From an uncultured Isosphaeraceae bacterium (GTDB lineage: Bacteria; Planctomycetota; Planctomycetia; Isosphaerales; Isosphaeraceae): a stretch of DNA of 64,000 bases. Each line of letters starts with the position of its first letter. The first letter of the stretch is position 1. This document shows, one piece after another, positions 32,371 to 41,726 of this stretch. The stretch spans positions 153,172 to 217,171 of the forward strand of contig CAWKNT010000007.1 of the NCBI GenBank assembly GCA_963850935.1, written 5' to 3'. Position numbers and translations under genes: made by a program. The notes under the pieces were generated by a model. The model saw only the letters and a program-made list of their open reading frames with translations, searched no databases and had not been told where the DNA came from.

Positions 32371-33677
32371 TTATGCGAACAATTCTCGGAGCGGCGTGCC
32401 GTTATCGAGAAGGGGCAGCGACTTGCCGTCGGGTGCGGTAATGGACTCGTTTTCGCCGATTCCCAGGCTGTGGTAAATCGTGGCGGCTAGATCTTCGAGG
32501 GTGACAGGCCGGTCCGCGGGCACGGTTGCGTGGGCATCGCTGGCGCCCCAGACCTGGCCGCCCTGAACGCCGCCGCCGGCCAGAACGACGCTCCAGACGC
32601 CCGGCCAGTGGTCGCGGCCGCCAGACGCGTTCAACCGTGGGCTACGGCCAAATTCACCGGCTGCGATCACGAGCGTTGTCTCCAGCCGCCCGCGCCGGTG
32701 GAGGTCGTCGATCAACGCGGAAAAAGTCTGATCGAATGATGGTAGCACGGTGCTGGAGTAGTCGTCCAAAGTGCTGAACGGCGCCGCGCCATGGCAGTCC
32801 CAACCGACTCTGTTGAACACGGTGTCGAACATGTTCACCGTGACGAATCGGACGCCCGCCTCGACAAGCCGACGGGCCAAGAGACAGCTTTGACCGAAAC
32901 TGGTCTGACCGTATTCCTCTCTTACACTGTTGTCCTCTTGGGAGAGGTCGAAGGGATTGCGGGGGTGCCGGCGTGCGAGCGATCCCATAGTATGGATTGG
33001 AATCTGTGCACACTTGGCGTCGCTTGCCGTAAGGTCAAACGAAGCGTGCGCACGCTCGAGGGCCGAGCCGCGCAAAACCCGGGTGCTGTCGGATCGAAAT
33101 TCAAGTGGAACGGGTCGTAAACGGCTCCCAACCAGCCCGCCGATTGCCCATGGGGGATGTCGACGCCCGTGCTGGCAATCGGGAACGGCAGGATCGCCGA
33201 CGCGGGTAGTCCATACTTCGCTCCTCTCAGCCGGGCGACCACCGAGCCGATGTGCGGGTAATGCTCTCCCGCCCGGCAAAGCCGCCCGGTCTGGAGCAGT
33301 TGGTACCCCGTCTCGTGAATCGGTGCCGCGTCGTGATAAACCGAGCGCACGACCGCAAGTCGATCCATTCGCGTGGCCATTCGAGGCAGATGCTCGCAGA
33401 TCCGCACACCGGGACAGCAGGTTGCGATCGACTGGAACGGCCCGCGCACTTCCGCCGGCGCGTCGGGCTTGGGATCCCAGGTCTCCAACTGGCTGGGTCC
33501 GCCGACCAGCAAGAGCAAGATCACCGAGCGACCCGCCTGCCGCTCGTCGCGGGCGAGTACGCCTAGGTCGGTCAGTCTGAGACCGAGTGAACCGAGCCCG
33601 ACGCTTCCCACGCGAAGGAAATCTCGCCGAGTCGGGCCCACTCCAGGTGTCGATTTTTCCCGCCTGATGGTGCTCAC
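32371..33677 (-). CDS. DUF1501 (sulfatase-like, Tat-signal) protein; one apparent frameshift near 33000-33100
   Basis: Tat motif TRRDFLRVGSVGLG. ...ILLLLVGGPSQLETWDPKP... is in ORF 32922..33677. ...RDHWPGVWSVVLAGGGVQGGQVWGASD...LPLLDNGTPLRELFA is in ORF 32371..33279. The gene is family-typical of Planctomycetes. Confidence 0.8.
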
Positions 33678-33962
33678 TTACGTCTCTCCCTTCGTGTCGG
33701 TAGCGAGCATCTTAACTCGCAATCTCGCGCCGCGACAGAAGCGGGCGAAAATTTGCGGATTCCCCCGATAGATCCGGTTGTAACGAAAATAACTAACCTG
33801 GGTAATTTTGGTAAAATCGTTTCAGCTGCGAATCTGAGTGAAGCCGATAAAACTGTGAGAACGGGAACGGCACCGAAGTGCCAATTTGGTGGCGCCCTTC
33901 ATTGGGTTATGGCGGCTCAAGGCAGGCCCGCGTTGGACGTGAGCCAGTATCTATGCGAGGGA

Positions 33963-35607
33963 ACGAAGCCATGAGGAACGGCCGAATGGCCTGGGCGCTG
34001 GTCTGTGCCGGGGTTCTGGCCGCAACCGCGCTGCCCCGGCCTTGCCTGGCTCAGGCACCGACGATCGAGGAGACCGGGATCATTACACCAGGCGGGATGG
34101 CAATGCGGCCCGGGTCGCTTGACTCGCTTTTGGGGATGATGCCGGGTTCGAGTGGCGTGACCTTTGGCACGCAGCCCGGGCGCGATGACATGTTGCTCGG
34201 TCGAATCGGCCGGCGGCGCCGCGGGTGCCGACGTCGATCACGATGCCGGGAGGCACGTACCAAGGGCCCAGGCCAACCCGACCATCGGTCCGCTTCAACC
34301 GATTCCGGCGGCACGGCCTTTCCTCTACGGCACGCTCGAACTGCCCAAACACGAGGGGGACGAGGGACCGCCCGACGGCCTGACACTCGATCAGGCCATC
34401 GATCTCTTGGTGCGCCAAAACCTCGACCTGCGGGCCAAGCAGCTCGAGATTCCCCAGGCCGCGCCGATGTCTTGACGGCCAGCCTGCGCGCCAATCCGAT
34501 CTTCTATGCCGACAGCCAGCTTGTCCCTTATGGTTCCGACTCGGTGCGACGGCCCGATGGCCCTACACAATACGATGTGAATATATCACATCCTATTGAC
34601 TATTCGCACAAGCGGCTGGCACCGCATGGCGTATGCGTCGCGCGCGCTCGAGGTGATGGAGGCTCAGTATCCAAAACGAGGTGCGGCTGGCGATTCAGAA
34701 TCTCTACATCGCTTATGTGGATGTGCTGGCGGCGCGTGAGACGGTGCGTTACTTGGAGACGAGCATCACGGGACTGGACGAGGTCTTGAGGGTCTACGAA
34801 GGTCTCTACAAGGAGAAAACCGCCACGAGTGCCGACGTCGATCAGGCCCGAGTCGGACCGCGAGATCGCGGTTGTCGGGCTTGCTCGACGCCGGGAAGCC
34901 GTCCGCCAGCGGAAGCGTCGTCTCTGGGCGAGCTGCTCGAATCTTCCGCCCGACCAGGCCGAGCGACTCGAGCTGCGAGGCACGATTCGGCGACCTGGCG
35001 CCCGCCAGCCCCAGCCCAGCCGGAATTACTGCAGCTCGCGCTGGCAGCTCGCCCTGATGTGATCGGCCTATCGCCTGGGAATCACGTCGGCGCAAGCCAA
35101 TGTCGGGACTTCAGCGGGCCAACCGCTTCTCGGACGCTTACTTGCTCTACCAGCCGTACACGTACCAGAACAATGCCCCTTATGGCAAGCAGAGCGGCAC
35201 GTCGTGGGCGGTGGGAATCACGGTTCCGCTGCCGGTCTACAACCGCAACCAGGGCAACATCGAGCGCGCCAAGATCAACGTTTACCAGTCCGAGGTGCAG
35301 TTGGCTTATCAGGAGAGGCGCGTCGAAACCGAGGTGCGCCAGGCGATCAAGGAATATCAGGTCAGCGGGCAGATCGCCGATCGCATATCGCGCACCGAAG
35401 TCTTGCCGGGCCTCGAAGCAGGCGTACAGAGACCGGCTCAGGCTCTTCCAGGAAGGTGAGGTCACCAAGTTGTCTTCCTCGACTCGCAGCGCAAGATACA
35501 ACGAGATGGCCAAGAGCCTATCTCGACGCGGCGGTGCGTCATCGCCGCAGCATGTTGATCTTGAACACGGTCGTCGGCCAGCGAATCATGCCGTGATGCA
35601 GAGCTGA
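33963..35607 (+). CDS. TolC-like outer-membrane efflux protein (OMF), many frame changes
   Basis: Signal peptide MRNGRMAWALVCAGVLAATALPRPCLAQA. Fragments LTLDQAIDLLVRQNLDLRAKQLEIPQA, ADVLTASLRANPIFYADSQLVPYG, MRLAIQNLYIAYVDVLAARETVRYLETSITGLDEVLRVYEGLYKEKTATSADVDQARV and ...YRDRLRLFQEGEVTKL are spread over 5 or more ORFs, consistent with two OEP repeats. Confidence 0.5.
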
Positions 35608-35780
35608 GAGCAGGGGTGGGTCTTGAGGAGGACCGGGCAAGTGCAGGAGGTGATCTGGACAGCCCGACCGGGCTGTCCAGACGACCTCGAAATACCGGTC
35701 TGCTTCGGTCGCCTTTTGAACACGTGTCGCTACGTGCATACCATATGAAACGTGAACAGCTACGCGATAACAAATAATGA

Positions 35781-36139
35781 TCAGGAGATCAGATTCTTGA
35801 CAACATGTGCCAGACCGGCACCGGTGTCGGTCAGGCTGTAGAAGTTATTCTTGCCCTGGCGGCGCGGGGCGATGATTCCGCCGTGCCGCAAGAGGGCCAG
35901 GTGATGGCTGACGGCGGGCTGGCTCTGGCTCAGCTGGCGCACAGGGCACCGACGTGCCGCTCGCCTTCGGAAAGAATCAGGATGACTTGAAGTCGCGTCG
36001 GGTCGCTGACGTGCTTGAGCAAGATCGATGCTCGACGAGCCTGATGATATCGCTGCTCGGCTCCGCGGAAAGCCTTGGGTTTGCCCGCGGCCGACTTCGG
36101 GGCGGGGGCACTCTTGACGCTGGTCTTGGCTGCTGCCAT
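35781..36139 (-). CDS. ArsR/SmtB-family metalloregulator with N-terminal Lys/Ala/Pro-rich histone-like tail (one apparent frameshift)
   Basis: ORF 35930..36139 reads MAAAKTSVKSAPAPKSAAGKPKAF...ILLKHVSDPTRLQVILILSEGERHVGALC. After a shift it continues ...VRQLSQSQPAVSHHLALLRHGGIIAPRRQGKNNFYSLTDTG... (ArsR HTH and wing). Confidence 0.65.
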
Positions 36140-36203
36140 GAAATTACCCTCCTCAACGAATTAGTTCTGGTTGCGCAGGAACGATCACCCGCATCCCGAT
36201 TCC

Positions 36204-36261
36204 ATCCTCGGGATTCGCGGGAACACAATCGGCTGCCCCGAGGATCGTCTTATCCTCGGGG
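36204..36261. promoter_or_regulatory. candidate ArsR operator: three ATCCTCGGG half-sites including the perfect palindrome CCCCGAGGAT-cgtctt-ATCCTCGGGG
   Basis: Half-sites at 36204-36212 (direct), 36236-36245 (inverted) and 36252-36261 (direct), 65-120 nt upstream of the ArsR start codon. Confidence 0.4.
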
Positions 36262-36701
36262 CAACCCATCTTCGGCTCCACCGAATGGTGGCTGCGACCT
36301 CGAGAGCTCGACCGAAAACCTGACTGCAAACCGCGGGCTTCCTAGCTGCCCACATGGCTGCTGGATTCGCTCTAAGTCAAGAAAGCACAACCACCAAGGG
36401 CCACGTCGATCAATCGACACCTGACCGCCCGCAATCTAACAACGAAGCCATCACGATCTTGCGCGAACGTATCTCAACGTGGGTGGTTGTCGACATCTTA
36501 GAGCTTTTCTAACAACTGTCAACCGTAATTTGCAATCTTTTAGCGCTTTGATTCGTCACATTTGTTCGAGCGAGCCGATTACATGCGCGGCATGTCCGAA
36601 CATGCTATCGCCGCGATGTCATCGATCCCAAATATGTGCGTAGATGAACGTTGCAACACGCCCGGCAAAGATCGACGGATCGGGATGTGGTCATCCCGGG
36701 C

Positions 36702-37600
36702 TCATTTTGCCGCGGCGGGAAGCAGGGAATAGATTGTCTTCTGAAGGTCGGTGCTGTTCCATTTGTTGCGTTCCGTGCCGACTTCCAGGCGGGCCAGATT
36801 CCCCTCTGGATCGATGATCGCCGTGCATAGGTTGTGGGCGATTTCGTTGTCGCCCGGCTGGTAAAACAGCCCCAGCGGCGCACCAATTTTGGCCAGCTCG
36901 GCATGCGAGGCGACCGCGTACGACCAGAGGGGCGGCGTCGCCCCGCGAACCTGGGCATGCTTGCGCAAGAGATCCGGCGTGTCGTGCTCCGGGTCAAATG
37001 AGAGCGAAATCAACCGAATCTTGCTGGCACGCTCGGGAAATGCGCCGATCCGCTGGGCCAGCTCGGAAAACTTCTTGTCCATCAGCGGGCAAAAATCGGG
37101 TAGCGGACATCGCGTATAAATAAACGTGAGAGCGACGACATTACCGCGCAGATCGGAGAGCTTGACCGCCTTGCCGTCCTGGCTGGTCATGGTGAAGTCG
37201 GGGACCGGGTCGCCGATCTCCAGCCGCCGGTGGCTGCTCACGCGAGAGCGCTTGTTTCTTGGAGATATCAGGGGCAATCGCCGGCCGGCGCGGCCTGTGG
37301 TGACGGTGCAGGCCCAGAAGCTCGTAGTCATTGACGACGCCGTTCGGCACGCTCCACCCGCAGCGTCCCTTCCACATGGTCGCCGGGCCGGAGCGTGCCA
37401 AGCATGGTCTTGTCTTTATAGGCAAATCGCATTCTCATCGCATCCATGAAGCCGGGGATCGCCTCGTGCTGGATCGTCACATGCTCGAGCTCTTTCTCGA
37501 CCCGTTTGACCACCCCCTTGAGCCCGTAGTCGGTCACGACGCGGATTCGTTCTGCGGCGTCTGGCTGGCGACGGTGCCGACGGCGGAGCCGGTCGCGGTT
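36702..37600 (-). CDS. CusF-like copper-binding domain fused to SCO1/SenC thioredoxin-like copper chaperone (frameshifted)
   Basis: The C-terminal ORF 36702..37331 reads ...LTFIYTRCPLPDFCPLMDKKF... (SCO1 CxxxCP motif). The N-terminal ORF 37328..37705 reads ...VTIQHEAIPGFMDAMRMRFAYKDKTMLGTLRPGDHVEGTLRVE (CusF-like Met/His motif). The linker lies in a third frame. Confidence 0.6.
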
Positions 37601-37800
37601 CGCTCGCCGGAGCGATCGTCGTCCACAGCCCTGCCAGACGCGCAAGGGCGGCAAATCATCATCACGACAAGATCGTTTAGCATAACATAATGTGATTATC
37701 CACATGGCTATTGAGTTATTCGTGTCATCCCGTCCGGTTGGTGCGTCGGACGCAGTTCAAAACGGGAATGTGTCGTCCAGGGGGCTCTGGGCCAGCTCCG

Positions 37801-38517
37801 TCAAGAAACGGCCCGATGCGCTCGGCGACCAGGCTTGGTGAGCGATTCTCCCTTGGCGGCCGTGGCGGCCCGCGGGTCGCCGGCGCCCGAGTTGGTGGTC
37901 AGGAGGTGCCAGGGGCGGGTGATCTCGACCCAGCCGCGATTGACCGCCTCGAACCGGCTCGGCCTGACCGCGCCGGGGTCGGCCTGTTCGAGCGCGACCA
38001 AGCGCGGGAAATGCGCCAGCCCCATGCTCGTCTCCATCTCGCCGGCGTGGTCGTCCTTTTCCTCGAAGATCGTCGCATAGACGTCGGATGCGACTTTGAA
38101 CCAGTTGCAGAGAAAGAGATGCACCGGCGTTTGACGGTGCAGCTCGCGCAGCACCCACTTCAGATCGTTGCCCCCGTGCCCGTTCAAGAGCACGCACCGG
38201 CAAATCCCGTGCGCCGCCAGCGAATCGACCAGATCGGTGATCACCCGCGCCAGCGTCGTCGGGTTCAAATTCATCGCCAGGGGAAACTTCATCTGGTTGG
38301 TCTCGGTGCCGTAGGGCAAGGCCGGAAGCATGAGCACCCGGGCCCCCGCTTGGTGCGCAATCGCGCAGGCCCGCGCGGCGATCACCTCGACCTGGAACGT
38401 GTCGGTCCCGTAGGGCAGATGAAGGTTATGCGGCTCGGTCGCCCCCAGCGGCAAGACCGCGACCTCGAAAGAGGGTTCGCCTTGACCTGGCCGTAATTCA
38501 GCTCGTCCAGTCGCCAT
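37801..38517 (-). CDS. creatininase-family (creatinine amidohydrolase-like) protein
   Basis: ...FEVAVLPLGATEPHNLHLPYGTDTFQVE...LPALPYGTETNQMKFP...LLNGHGGND... matches creatininase-family motifs. Confidence 0.6.
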   Translation of the reverse strand: MATGRAELRPGQGEPSFEVAVLPLGATEPHNLHLPYGTDTFQVEVIAARACAIAHQAGARVLMLPALPYGTETNQMKFPLAMNLNPTTLARVITDLVDSLAAHGICRCVLLNGHGGNDLKWVLRELHRQTPVHLFLCNWFKVASDVYATIFEEKDDHAGEMETSMGLAHFPRLVALEQADPGAVRPSRFEAVNRGWVEITRPWHLLTTNSGAGDPRAATAAKGESLTKPGRRAHRAVS

Positions 38518-38728
38518 GGTTGCATCGTGAATGGTCCACTTGACGAGGTGGCATGCACGCGATGACGTGCTTGGTCTCATCGTCTCACGGCATCAGCCGG
38601 CCTGTCTGCCGTCTGTCCGCGCGATCAAGGTCCATTGCGGGTGGCCGGGGTGTCCGTTACGATCGGAGCGATTGGACCCGGCCGGTCCGCTTTCACCCAG
38701 TCCAGTTTATCCAGGGAACGGCGCTCTG

Positions 38729-39965
38729 ATGCAAGCCTTCGAGGCGACCAACTATTACTTCGAGCAGGCGGCGAATTGCCTCGACCTCTCGGAAAACGTC
38801 CGAACTCTCATGATCACGCCCGACCGCGAGGTCCGCGTCGAGGTCGTGATCGAGCTCGATTCCGGCAAGATCGGCAACTTCATCGGCTATCGCGTGCAGC
38901 ACGACAATGCCCGCGGCCCGTTCAAGGGGGGCCTGCGCTACCATCCGACGGTCGACGTCAGGACGAAGCCCGGTCGCTGGCCAGCTTGATGACCTGGAAG
39001 ACGGCCCTGGTCGATCTGCCGTTCGGCGGCGCCAAGGGGGGAATCAACTGCGATCCCAACAAGCTCTCGCGCGGCGAGATGGAGCGCCTGACCCGCAAGT
39101 TCATCGAGAAGATCCACGACATGATCGGCCCTCACAAGGACATCCCCGCCCCCGACATGGGCACGGACGCGCAGGTGATGGCCTGGATCATGAACGAGTA
39201 CGGCAAGTACGAAGGGTTTCGAGCCGGCCTGCGTCACCGGCAAGCCGGTCGAGTTTCACGGCTCGGCCGGCCGCGAGGCGGCCACGGGCTTCGGCGTGGC
39301 GATCGTCGCCCGGGAGATGCTGGCACGGCTCGAAGCGCACGATCACGCGGCACGTCGTTCGCCATCCAGGGATATGGCAACGTCGGCAGCCACACCGCTC
39401 GCTGCCTGGCGCAGATGGGGGGCAAGATCGTCGGCGTGTCCGACGCTTACGGCGCGGTCGTGAACCCCGAGGGGATCGACATCGCCGAGCTCGACAAGCA
39501 CGTCGCGCGTGTCGCGCAAGATCGTCGGCTTCAAGGGGGGCGACGCCATCACCAACGAACAGCTCTTGACCATGCCGGTCGACGTGCTTGATTCCCGCCG
39601 CCCTGGGCGGCGTGTTCGATCGCGAGATGGCCAAGGCCGTCGCCGCCCCGGTGATCGTCGAGGCCGCCAACGGCCCCACCTGGCCCGAGGCCGACGAGAT
39701 CTTCAACGCACGCGGAATCCTCGTCGTTCCCGACGTGCTCGCCAACGCCGGCGGCGTGATCGTCAGCTACTTCGAGTGGGTCCAGAACCTCCAGCACTTC
39801 CGCTGGCCGCTCGAGCAGATTCAGCGCGAGGAAGAGTTCAAGCTCGTCGAGGCGTTTCGCGAGGTCTACGACCTCGCCCAGCGCAAGAACGTCACGATGC
39901 GCACCGCCGCCTTCATGAAAGCCATTTCCCGCGTCGGCCGCGCCCGAATCCTGGGCGGCATGTAA
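38729..39965 (+). CDS. gdhA: NADP-specific glutamate dehydrogenase, requires 3 or more frame changes to reconstruct
   Basis: [16 protein letters not shown]...[24 protein letters not shown] | ...[27 protein letters not shown]... | ...[29 protein letters not shown]... | ...[46 protein letters not shown]... across ORFs 38531.., 38635.., 38907.. and 39588..39965. Confidence 0.8.
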
Positions 39966-40439
39966 CGCTGACCGGCTGCATTCGCTAGTCACGCTGCCAG
40001 ACGACGCCGTCGACCGCGCCTCGGTTCTGATCAGAGGCCACGTCCGCCTAAATGCTTGAGCTTTCTTGGGTTTCGCTTGCCGTGAATCTTGGCGCGTCGA
40101 CCCTTGGCGACCGGTGAGCTGTCGCATCGTTTGCGCCATTTATAGCTCTTGCGATGTCGTGTTTTGGCCTTCATGAATCTCTGCAATCTCCGCTGGAGCG
40201 ATTCTTGAAAATGCGTGGGGACCGACCGAGCCGTGGCGCGGACAACCATTATGCGGTGTTATCGGCACATGGTTCAAGTCAAGGCCTTGGCGGTGAGCCT
40301 GGACCGTGACGCACATAAGCGGTCTCGAATGAGTAAAAAGGCGAAGTTAGCGTCGCTCTCATATTATGATAGTTACGCGAAGTTCGAAGGCGGCCGTCGA
40401 CTGCACGTAACGGCGCGGATTCGAGTCTCCAAGCTGAGC

Positions 40440-41345
40440 AATACAGCCGGCGAAGGGGATCGATGTGGACAAGTTGGAGCAGCGATCTGCTCGTGGTCGT
40501 GCTCGCGATTCTGACGGATGCGTATCCGCAGCTCCGCGGTCGCCGAGGCGATGAAGATCGTGGACGCGAAAATTGACGAGGTCGCAGTCGCTGGCTTGAA
40601 GTGGCTCAAGGAGCGTCGGCGGGGCTCGACGACGCGCGATACCACGTCGCTCGAATGCCTGGCGTCGGCTCATCTGAAGGCACACCAGAACGACGTTCGC
40701 CTCAGTCTGATGCGTGGAATGCACTCGATCTCACCCAGGATGTGCTGACCGAGATCAACGACGACGCGTTGCGGACGACGTTCGGCGCTTCGCTGGGTGG
40801 CGACGAGACGCTTCCCGTTGGACGGCGGATCGCGAGCTGCGGCTGGCTGGTTTCGTTCGTGAACCTGCCGCAACGCGGCAATGAGGGCGAGCGTTTCCAG
40901 TTGATCCGCCCGCATGCGCAGGGAGGAATCGGGCAGGTCTGGCTGGCGCGCGACGGCGAATTGCAGCGCGACGTGGCCGTCAAGGAGATTCAGCCCAGCT
41001 ATGCCGAGCAGTGAAAACCAGCGAGCGCGGTTCGTGCTCGAGGCGGAGATCACCGGCAATCTCGAGCATCCCGGGATCGTTCCGGTTTACAGCCTGGGAC
41101 GAAACGCCGACGGCCGCCCTTATTACGCGATGCGGTTCATTCGTGGTGATAGTCGAGCGGATGGGTCGCTGGCTGCGTCAACACCAAGCGTGGACCCAGG
41201 CGGCGGTTGCTGCGCGGTGGGGATTTCGGTGGCGGCGACGATCGCGGCGGTGGTAGTGCTCCGCCGGCAGCTTTCCAATACCTGCTTCCGCGTGGGGGAG
41301 ATCACCCAGGAGATCAACTCTCGTGTCGACGCGATCGAGGCGTTT
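40440..41345 (+). pseudogene. truncated, internally deleted tandem paralog of the downstream TPR receptor kinase
   Basis: Nucleotide-level similarity to 41730-42420 (N-terminal extension, G-loop and start of kinase: ...QRGNEGERFQLIRPHAQGGIGQVWLARDGELQRDVAVKEIQP...), with a 1-nt insertion giving a stop after YAEQ. It then jumps to the TM segment (RLGRWLRQHQAWT...) and the first post-TM motif (FRVGEITQEINSRVDAIEAF) and ends. Confidence 0.6.
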
Positions 41346-41654
41346 CACTGAGCCCAGACCATTTGGGAACAGCTCGCATCCGCCGGCCCCGTCAATGATA
41401 AACTTCGACGGAAGGATCTGCCAACGCTCAGGCAAAATCCCGACTCCTGGGCTCTCTTCGCGCAGGCCGAGTCTGCGCCGCAATCAAGAGCCTGGAGTCT
41501 TCCCAGTCAAACCGACCACTCCGGCCGCAACAGCAGCAGTGAGCTATGGTTCGAGATTGGTCGCATGCGGCTAACGGCAGGCTCCAGGGCCCATTCGACT
41601 TCGTTCCGAAGCCGAAGGGATCCGGGGCGCGGCCCGATACCTTTGGAGAATTCG

Positions 41655-41678
41655 CGAAAAACGTGTTATACCAGACGG
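41655..41678 (+). promoter_or_regulatory. conserved upstream motif GCGAAAAACGTGTTATACCAGACG (site 1 of 2; 53 nt before the kinase start)
   Basis: 22 of 24 positions identical to 45406-45430 upstream of the GG-leader peptide gene, at nearly the same distance from the start codon. Includes TATACC as a possible -10. Confidence 0.4.
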
Positions 41679-41726
41679 ATACGACGAATGCGCATTGATC
41701 GTTCATGGTGCGGTTGAATCCACCGG

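Noticed and set aside
37693-37701. Perfect DnaA box TTATCCACA in an AT-rich intergenic region
   Set aside because: A single 9-mer match is expected by chance about once per 130 kb of double-stranded sequence. No cluster of boxes, no DUE, no dnaA or dnaN nearby, so it is not called as an origin.
40031-40249. 72-aa highly basic minus-strand ORF (KAKTRHRKSYKWRKRCDSSPVAKGRRAKIHGKRNPRK), considered as a ribosomal protein
   Set aside because: Does not match any ribosomal protein pattern I recognize. No SD. Likely a spurious basic frame in GC-rich DNA just downstream of gdhA.
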